Assembly: GCA_050253415.1 (NCBI GenBank) | Contig: JBFWJC010000004.1 | Coordinates: 32,001-96,000 of the forward strand | Reading direction: 5' to 3' | Origin: Pedobacter sp. | GTDB taxonomy: Bacteria; Desulfobacterota; Desulfuromonadia; Desulfuromonadales; Syntrophotaleaceae | DNA length: 64,000 bases | Part shown: piece by piece, positions 57,725 to 64,000 of the stretch | Layout of the letters: each line of letters starts with the position of its first letter | Position numbering within the stretch: the stretch's first letter is position 1 | The notes under the pieces: model-generated | Told to the model about the DNA's origin: nothing | The model's input: the letters and a program-made list of their open reading frames with translations, nothing else | The model's database searches: none | Made by a program: the position numbers and the translations under genes

Positions 57725-58942
57725 TCAGCCCTCAGCCAACCCATCCGCCAACTGTTCCAGAAACGATGCCGCATCCATAACGATACCCAGGGATTGGTGA
57801 CTTCCGCGGTCCTGCAGCTTGGTGACGACCGCCGGATTGACATCAACGCAGACCGTCACAACCCGGGCTGGCAGAAGATTTCCTGTGGCGATGGCATGCA
57901 AGGTCGTGCCGACCATAATCGCCATGCCAACGCCGGGGATATGGCTGCGCATGGCGCGCTGGGCGGCGAGCGCATCGGTAATAACATCGGGCAACGGACC
58001 GTCATCACGAATGGAGCCGGCCAACACAAAAGGGATGGAACGGATTACGCAGGCATGCATGACCCCTTGGGTCAGCGCCCCGGCCTCCACCGCCCGGGCT
58101 ATGGAGCCGGCGTTGCGGATGCGGTTGATGGCCCACAGGTGGTGGGCATGTCCTTCATGGCCCGGCGGATGCCCACCGACGGGAACGCCGAGGGATGTGC
58201 CGTACAAGGCGGATTCGATATCGTGGGCTGCCAAAGCATTACCGGCGAACAATACGTCGATCCAGCCGTCCCGGATAAGCTTCTCCAGCACCGGCCCGGC
58301 ACCGGTGTGGATGATGGCCGGGCCACCAACCAGTAGAATCTTCTCGCCGGCTGCCTTGACCCGTCGCGCGGCCTGCACGATCCGCTGAAGTAAAGGCCGT
58401 TTGGGCTTTTCGGCAGAAACCGAACTGGCCATAAAGCGAAAAGCAGCATCGTTCGTATCACGCGGCGGATAACTGACGCGTACCCCTTGCGTCCCGACGA
58501 CCACAAGCTGCCCAGCCCTGACATCCGCCATAGGCACGGTGCAGGCTTTATTCATGCCCTCCTCGATGGCAATGGCCAAATCCATTTCAACCCCGGACAC
58601 CGGCAGCCACCGGCCGTTAATCAGTACCTCCGTGGGAAGATTGGTGGTGGCATAAAAATGATCCGGCAACACTCCGTCGGCCGGCGCCGCTTCGCATCGC
58701 ACCGGCAGCGGTATCACAGGTTCGGCACCCAGCCGCGCCAGACTGCGCAGAATGGATTGAAGCGTAGCATCATCCGGAGCGCCGATCGTAAGCATACCGG
58801 TACTTTTATCCCTGCGAGTCCGTCCGATGGTCAATGCGACAATTTCATAGCTACCACCCAGGCGATCCACGGTGTCAAGGACCTGCGACAGAATCTGTTG
58901 ATCGATGAAATGTCCTTCAAGCTTTACCTGCTGCTCCGGCAT
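57725..58942 (-). CDS. TIGR00300 / LOR-SDH-region family protein (putative non-canonical ornithine cyclodeaminase)
   Basis: EGHFID, FYATTN, EMD, GGPAIIHTG, AGNALAAHDIE, AGSIRDDGPLP and TTLHAIATGN motifs. Confidence 0.8.
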   Translation of the reverse strand: MPEQQVKLEGHFIDQQILSQVLDTVDRLGGSYEIVALTIGRTRRDKSTGMLTIGAPDDATLQSILRSLARLGAEPVIPLPVRCEAAPADGVLPDHFYATTNLPTEVLINGRWLPVSGVEMDLAIAIEEGMNKACTVPMADVRAGQLVVVGTQGVRVSYPPRDTNDAAFRFMASSVSAEKPKRPLLQRIVQAARRVKAAGEKILLVGGPAIIHTGAGPVLEKLIRDGWIDVLFAGNALAAHDIESALYGTSLGVPVGGHPPGHEGHAHHLWAINRIRNAGSIARAVEAGALTQGVMHACVIRSIPFVLAGSIRDDGPLPDVITDALAAQRAMRSHIPGVGMAIMVGTTLHAIATGNLLPARVVTVCVDVNPAVVTKLQDRGSHQSLGIVMDAASFLEQLADGLAEG

Positions 58943-59050
58943 GGCCTTCTCCTTCCGGCAAAGTCATCCCATTCCCCAGCCTTAACACTGGCACTCAGCT
59001 TTGTTTATGGGATATAATACGTCCAGAATAATCAAAAAAGGGAATAAAAC

Positions 59051-59602
59051 ATGCTAAACGCCATGGCCCTCCTGGATAAATATTACACCCCCGGCACCGA
59101 TGCGCACCGTATTCTACTGACACACAGTCAAAACGTGGCCACCAAGGCCACCGCCATAGCCCAAGCATTGCCGGCTGGTACGGTGGATGTGACCTTTGTC
59201 ACCGAAGCCGCCCTTTTGCATGACATCGGCATTTACTTCACCGCCGTTTCTTCCCTTGGTTGTTTCGGCGACTTGCCGTATTTGTGTCACGGCATCAAAG
59301 GGCGCGAACTGCTCGAAGCCGAAGGGCTGCCACGCCATGCCCTGGTATGTGAGCGCCATATCGGTGTCGGATTGACCGGAGCCGAAATCATCCGGCAAAA
59401 ACTGCCCTTACCTGAGCGCGACATGTTGCCGACAACGGTTGAGGAGCGGATCGTCGCCTATGCAGATCTGTTTTTTTCCAAGGATCCCAGCAAGGATGGC
59501 CGGGAACGCACCCCTGAGCAGGTACGCGGCTCTTTGGAGCGTTTCGGCAAAGAAAAGCTGGCGATCTTTGACCAGTGGCAGACCATGTTCGCAACAGGCT
59601 AA
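59051..59602 (+). CDS. HDIG-domain metal-dependent phosphohydrolase
   Basis: THS, AALLHDIG, HGIKG, CERHIGVG and YADLFFSK motifs. Confidence 0.88.
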   Translation: MLNAMALLDKYYTPGTDAHRILLTHSQNVATKATAIAQALPAGTVDVTFVTEAALLHDIGIYFTAVSSLGCFGDLPYLCHGIKGRELLEAEGLPRHALVCERHIGVGLTGAEIIRQKLPLPERDMLPTTVEERIVAYADLFFSKDPSKDGRERTPEQVRGSLERFGKEKLAIFDQWQTMFATG

Positions 59603-59640
59603 TGCCTGCCTCGCACGATCTAAAATCCCGCATTAAATAA

Positions 59641-59674
59641 CAAAGGCCGCCTTCCTTAGCGAAAGCGGCCTTTG
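59641..59674. terminator. Hairpin terminator between the convergent HDIG and acnB genes
   Basis: CAAAGGCCGC...GCGGCCTTTG inverted repeat. Confidence 0.65.
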
Positions 59675-59684
59675 ATGCATCAGG

Positions 59685-62216
59685 CTACAGATAAGATGGC
59701 ATCTCATCGAACTGCAGATATCGGTACAACTCTGCAACGTGGGGCGCTACCCGGTCCTGATAAATGGAGAAATACTCCTCCACGGTAGGAATCCGACCAA
59801 GGGTGCTGATGATAGCCGCCAGCTCCGCAGAGCCAAGATAAACCTGGGCGCCATCGCCGAGCCGGTTATCGAAATTGCGGGTCGAGGTGGAAAAAACCTG
59901 TGATTTGGCCGGGACGCGCGCCTGGTTGCCCATGCACAGAGAACAACCGGGGATTTCAATACGAGCGCCGATAGCGCTAAACGTGGCAAACAAAGCTTCT
60001 TCCTTGAGCTGCTGGTTGTCCATACGGGTCGGCGGGCAGATCCAGGTACGCACAAGGGCATTGAAGGGGCGGCCTTTCCAGATGGCCGCCGCAGCCCGGA
60101 AATGGCCGATATTGGACATACAGGAACCGATAAAAACATCCTCGATGGTCTCCCCGGCAATCTCCGACAGGGGGCGTACATCGTCCGGATCGTTGGGGCA
60201 GCAGACCAGGGGCTCCTTCAACTCATCCAGATCGACTTCGATAACGGCGGCGTAATGCGCATGGGGATCGGCCCGCAACAAACGGGGATTTTCCAACCAC
60301 TCTTCCACAGCAGCAATGCGCTTTTGCAGGGTTTCCGCCGCTTTGTAGCCATCAGCGATCATGCTCTTCATCAGCGCCACATTGGAACACAGGAAGGCTG
60401 ACACTTTTTCCTCGGACAATTGGATACAGCCTGCCGCCGCGCTGCGCTCGGCCGCCGCGCAGGTTAATTCGAAAGCCTGCTCGACGGTCAGGTCCTCAAG
60501 CCCCTCCATCTCCAGAATGCGGCCGTTGAAGATGTTTTTCTTGTTCTTTTTGGGAACCGTCAAAAGTCCCTGACTGATCGCCGTATAGGGGATGGCATTA
60601 ACCACATCGCGCAGGGTAATGCCCGGCCGCAAAGCACCCTTGAACCGCACCAGCACCGACTCCGGCATATCCAGCGGCATAAATCCGAGGGCCCCGGCAA
60701 AAGCCACCAATCCGGAACCGGCAGGAAAGGAGATACCCATGGGAAAACGCGTATGGGAATCGCCGCCGGTGCCTACGGTATCGGGCAAAAGCAGGCGATT
60801 CAACCAGCTGTGAATCACCCCGTCGCCTGGGTGCAGGGCGACCCCGCCGCGCGCGGCCATAAACTCCGGCAGGGTGTGATGCATGGTGACATCCGTCGGT
60901 TTGGGATAGGCGGAGGTATGACAGAAGGACTGCATGAACAGCGGCGCCTGAAACTTAAGGCAGGCAAGCTCTTTCAATTCATCGGCGGTCATCGGCCCGG
61001 TCGTATCCTGCGAACCGACCGTAGTCATACGCGGTTCGCAAGCGGTTCCGGGCAAAACCCCGGGTAGGCCGCACGCCTTGCCCACCAGTTTTTGAGCCAG
61101 AGTGTAGCGCTGGTCTGGCAGCGGCACGGGATTATCCGGCAGAGTAAAAAAGGCCGATGGCTCCTTATGCAGGGCCTGCCGTGCACGATCCGTCAATGCC
61201 CTGCCGATAATAAGGGGAATTCTGCCACCAGCCCGGTATTCATCCGGCAACGTATTGGGTACCAGATCAAAACGCGTCAGAACATGACCGGCATCATCCA
61301 GAATACGTCCTGCAAAGGGTTCAATTATAACTTCGTCACCATGCTCAAGCTTGTCAACCTCGGCACGGATCGGCAGCGCACCGGAATCCTGCGCAGTGTT
61401 GAAGAAAATCGGTGCAATGGCGCCGCCGATGATCACCCCGCCACGACGCTTGTTGGGCACTCCGGGGATATCTTCACCGATGTGCCAGAGTAAGCTATTG
61501 CACGCTGATTTGCGCGAAGAACCGGTACCGACCACATCGCCGACAAACGCCACCTGATGTCCGGCTCCGCGCCAGGCTGCGATTGTCTGGAGACCTCCCG
61601 GAAACCGGCTGGTCCCCATACTCAAGGCATGCAGAGGAATATCGGGACGGCTCCAGGCATCGCTGGCCGGTGAAAAATCGTCCGTATTGATTTCACCTTC
61701 GACCCGGAAAATCTTCACCCGGATACTTTCGGGCATCTGCGGCCGTGCGTTAAACCAGCCGGCTTCGGCCCAATTGTCAACGACCTGGCGGGCAAAAGGA
61801 TTTGTTTCCGACAGCGACAGCACTTCGTCAAAGGCATCATACACCAGAGTCAGCCCACTCAGAGCCTTGGCCGCAATCGGCGCCAGGGCAGAGTCATTCA
61901 AAGCTTCCAGCAAGGGTGCGATATTGTAGCCCCCCATCATCGCGCCCAGCAACGCGACCGCGGTGGTTTTATCGATGAGCGGACTTTGGACCCCGCCACG
62001 CAGAATACGGCCGAGATACTCCGCCTTGACCTGTGCCGCCGGATCGACTCCGGGAGCTACACGATTTGTCACAAGGTCGAGCAACAGAGCGTCGCGACCC
62101 ACCGGAGGGGCAGACAGCAAGCGGCACAATTCTTCAGTTTGCTCCGCAGTCAGTGGCAGAGGCGGAATCCCCATCGCCGCACGATCATCAACATGCTGTA
62201 AATATTCACTGAGCAT
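59685..62216 (-). CDS. acnB: Aconitate hydratase B
   Basis: GIPPLPL, PGVDPAA, NTDDFSPA, GTGSSRKSA, GSQDTTGPMT, QSFCHT, GGDSHTRFP, IGSCM, GCSLCMGNQAR and STSTRNF motifs. Confidence 0.97.
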   Translation of the reverse strand: MLSEYLQHVDDRAAMGIPPLPLTAEQTEELCRLLSAPPVGRDALLLDLVTNRVAPGVDPAAQVKAEYLGRILRGGVQSPLIDKTTAVALLGAMMGGYNIAPLLEALNDSALAPIAAKALSGLTLVYDAFDEVLSLSETNPFARQVVDNWAEAGWFNARPQMPESIRVKIFRVEGEINTDDFSPASDAWSRPDIPLHALSMGTSRFPGGLQTIAAWRGAGHQVAFVGDVVGTGSSRKSACNSLLWHIGEDIPGVPNKRRGGVIIGGAIAPIFFNTAQDSGALPIRAEVDKLEHGDEVIIEPFAGRILDDAGHVLTRFDLVPNTLPDEYRAGGRIPLIIGRALTDRARQALHKEPSAFFTLPDNPVPLPDQRYTLAQKLVGKACGLPGVLPGTACEPRMTTVGSQDTTGPMTADELKELACLKFQAPLFMQSFCHTSAYPKPTDVTMHHTLPEFMAARGGVALHPGDGVIHSWLNRLLLPDTVGTGGDSHTRFPMGISFPAGSGLVAFAGALGFMPLDMPESVLVRFKGALRPGITLRDVVNAIPYTAISQGLLTVPKKNKKNIFNGRILEMEGLEDLTVEQAFELTCAAAERSAAAGCIQLSEEKVSAFLCSNVALMKSMIADGYKAAETLQKRIAAVEEWLENPRLLRADPHAHYAAVIEVDLDELKEPLVCCPNDPDDVRPLSEIAGETIEDVFIGSCMSNIGHFRAAAAIWKGRPFNALVRTWICPPTRMDNQQLKEEALFATFSAIGARIEIPGCSLCMGNQARVPAKSQVFSTSTRNFDNRLGDGAQVYLGSAELAAIISTLGRIPTVEEYFSIYQDRVAPHVAELYRYLQFDEMPSYL

Positions 62217-62375
62217 TCAATATCTCCTCACATTTCATGGGCAACCAGCAGCAACTGGTCAAAAGGGAGCCAAACAGCACTATGTATCTCAAATTAAAAG
62301 ACATATCCAGCTGCGGTCAAGCACCCGTTTTGAAAAGGTCCATATAGCATACGAATTATGCCACAAACATCAAAT

Positions 62376-62413
62376 AAAAACGCCCGCCGGGCATAAGCCG
62401 AGCGGGCGTTTTT
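62376..62413 (-). terminator. Intrinsic terminator after the OmpA lipoprotein gene
   Basis: AAAAACGCCCGC...GCGGGCGTTTTT inverted repeat. Confidence 0.8.
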
Positions 62414-62448
62414 CTGCAGGATTTAGATAATCAGTACGACTGAGTTAT

Positions 62449-63102
62449 TTACTGCTGGTTCGGTGTAATGGTTATGGCTACGCGACGGTTGATCTGACGG
62501 CCCGCCTCGGTAGCATTACTGGCGATAGGCTTGCTCTCACCATATCCGACGGTCATCAAACGGGCAGGTGCCACCCCGTAACCGACCAGCACGTTCTTTA
62601 CCGCATTGGCACGTTGCAGGGACAGCTGCATATTGTATTGCTCACTGCCACTGCTGTCGGTATGCCCGGCAATCTGAATTGTAGTCTGCGGGTAATTGTT
62701 AAGAACACCCGCTACCCGCTGCAACTCGTCATAACCGCCAGGTTTAACCGTGGATGAGTTAACATCGAACAAAACATCGGACTTGAAAGTAACCGCCAGA
62801 ACCTCGGCATCACGCTGGATACTTGCACCTTCCACTCCGGAGAGTTGCTGGCGCATCGCCATTTCCTGTTTTTCCATGTAATTGGCGAAAAAACCACCGG
62901 CCGTTCCGCCCAACGCGGCGCCGATACCGGCACCGATGAGGGTCCCTTCCGTATCACCGCCGATCAACTGACCAAGACCCGCCCCAACGGCAGCGCCAGT
63001 GCCTGCGCCGATGGCCACACCTTTTTGAGTCTGCGTCATGGGTTGCGCACAACCAGCCGCCATCAAAGAAACCACTGCAACAACAGTCAGAAATTTTTTC
63101 AT
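62449..63102 (-). CDS. OmpA-family lipoprotein with glycine zipper (YiaD-like)
   Basis: Lipobox AAG|C, glycine zipper, GHTDSSG, NMQLSLQRA and NRRV motifs. Confidence 0.92.
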   Translation of the reverse strand: MKKFLTVVAVVSLMAAGCAQPMTQTQKGVAIGAGTGAAVGAGLGQLIGGDTEGTLIGAGIGAALGGTAGGFFANYMEKQEMAMRQQLSGVEGASIQRDAEVLAVTFKSDVLFDVNSSTVKPGGYDELQRVAGVLNNYPQTTIQIAGHTDSSGSEQYNMQLSLQRANAVKNVLVGYGVAPARLMTVGYGESKPIASNATEAGRQINRRVAITITPNQQ

Positions 63103-63346
63103 CTCCTACTCCTTCCAGGAATAAATTGTGACAACAGTTATGCCGATTGAATGCTTATGAATCACTCATTTTTAGCACGCCGCTGGTAAAAAGCAAACGT
63201 TAATTATTTGAGCCTCTGATCATTTCTTGCTTGATCAGACGAAATGCTTACAAAAAAGTTTACACGCTGCACAATATTTTTTTGAATATAAAAAATCTAT
63301 TCAAGTGTGCCCCGATCTCCAGGCCTTTTAGCGATTAATGACACCA

Positions 63347-64000
63347 TCAAATGCCCAGTGCCAGACTTTCCAGAGACTCATCCCCCGGGCTGTCTTCGGT
63401 CCACGCTATGATACTTGCCGGTTTTTCAGCGGCATTGGCATTATCGTAGACAAAGGTCAATGCCCGTCGAACCCGGGCAAGCAATCGAGTAAAGTTCAAC
63501 GGTTTGGCAACAAAATCGAAATACCCCATATCCAGCAGCAACGCTTCTTCTTCCGGATAAGCGCGTGTCGACATACCGATCACGGGAATTTGGCGGGACT
63601 GGCAATTGGTCTGCAACGTGCGAAAGACATCTTTCCCGCTCATGCCGGACAACGCAGACTCCAGAATAATGAGATGGGGCATTTTGGCAAGAACCAACTT
63701 CAGGGCGTCGGCGCCATTATCTGCCGCCAGGGTTCGGTATTTAGCCTGCTGCAACTTGGCGCAAATGGTTTTGCAATAGGTTTCCTGATCGTCGACCACC
63801 AGGATGGTCCGAAATTCGCTGCCACGCGGATCAGCTTCTTCCAGGTAGAATATCCGGATAGCCCGATCAATCTCGGCAGGTGTCGCCAGTACCGGCACGG
63901 TGCGCAGACCGGTTCGAAAAGCAACGGAGTCCAAGGTGGCAAGATCCAGCGGGTTGCATATGGCCAGATAAAGGATTTTGTCTTTGACCCCGAGGGGAAA
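63347..64000 (-). CDS. PilB/GspE N-terminal-like domain fused to a receiver-like domain (5' end outside the window)
   Basis: The frame is open to the window edge: FPLGVKDKILYLAICNPLDLATLDSVAFRTGLRTVPVLATPAEIDRAIRIFY resembles the PilB N-domain; it is followed by ILVVDD...LIILE...FVAKP. Confidence 0.75.
   Translation of the reverse strand, partial: FPLGVKDKILYLAICNPLDLATLDSVAFRTGLRTVPVLATPAEIDRAIRIFYLEEADPRGSEFRTILVVDDQETYCKTICAKLQQAKYRTLAADNGADALKLVLAKMPHLIILESALSGMSGKDVFRTLQTNCQSRQIPVIGMSTRAYPEEEALLLDMGYFDFVAKPLNFTRLLARVRRALTFVYDNANAAEKPASIIAWTEDSPGDESLESLALGI

Noticed and set aside
57146..58336. 396 aa plus-strand ORF
   Set aside because: Out of frame with the MFS gene and antisense to the TIGR00300 gene; not protein-like.
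62347..62363. Sigma54-like TGGCA...TGC upstream of acnB
   Set aside because: GG-to-GC spacing is 12 nt, not 10.
1..64000. CRISPR array, tRNA/rRNA, IS elements, prophage, invertible segments, multiheme cytochromes
   Set aside because: No spaced repeats, RNA gene signatures, recombinase or transposase ORFs, or CxxCH motifs were noticed by eye; not computationally excluded.

Overview
Almost the whole window (1-56.4 kb, minus strand) is a type IVa pilus supercluster of a deltaproteobacterium; the gene set and split pilin point to a Desulfuromonadia/Geobacter/Pelobacter-like organism (inference). In transcription order it holds: a HAMP histidine kinase and sigma54 response regulator; two different minor-pilin/PilY1 cassettes, each behind its own sigma54 promoter; DUF1015-rnr-ribF-aroE; pilB-pilT-pilC-pilS-pilR; a very short, aromatic-rich split pilin (PilA-N plus PilA-C); a PglL-like O-oligosaccharyltransferase and a Xap/PilH-like ABC module; a ~16 kb glycan island (Wzm/Wzt, methyltransferase, FrhB-like FeS reductase fused to a polysaccharide pyruvyltransferase, KpsS-like and WbsX-like proteins, five glycosyltransferases, a B12 radical-SAM enzyme, an initiating phosphoglycosyltransferase); then pilD, a small XRE regulator and pilMNO. 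The last 7.5 kb carry an MFS transporter, a TIGR00300-type enzyme, an HDIG protein, acnB, an OmpA lipoprotein and a truncated PilB-N-like domain fused to a pseudo-receiver. The best candidate for an undescribed system is a pilin-glycosylation pathway with unusual redox and radical tailoring enzymes. No rRNA, tRNA, CRISPR array or mobile element was recognised. All calls come from motif reading; no searches were run.
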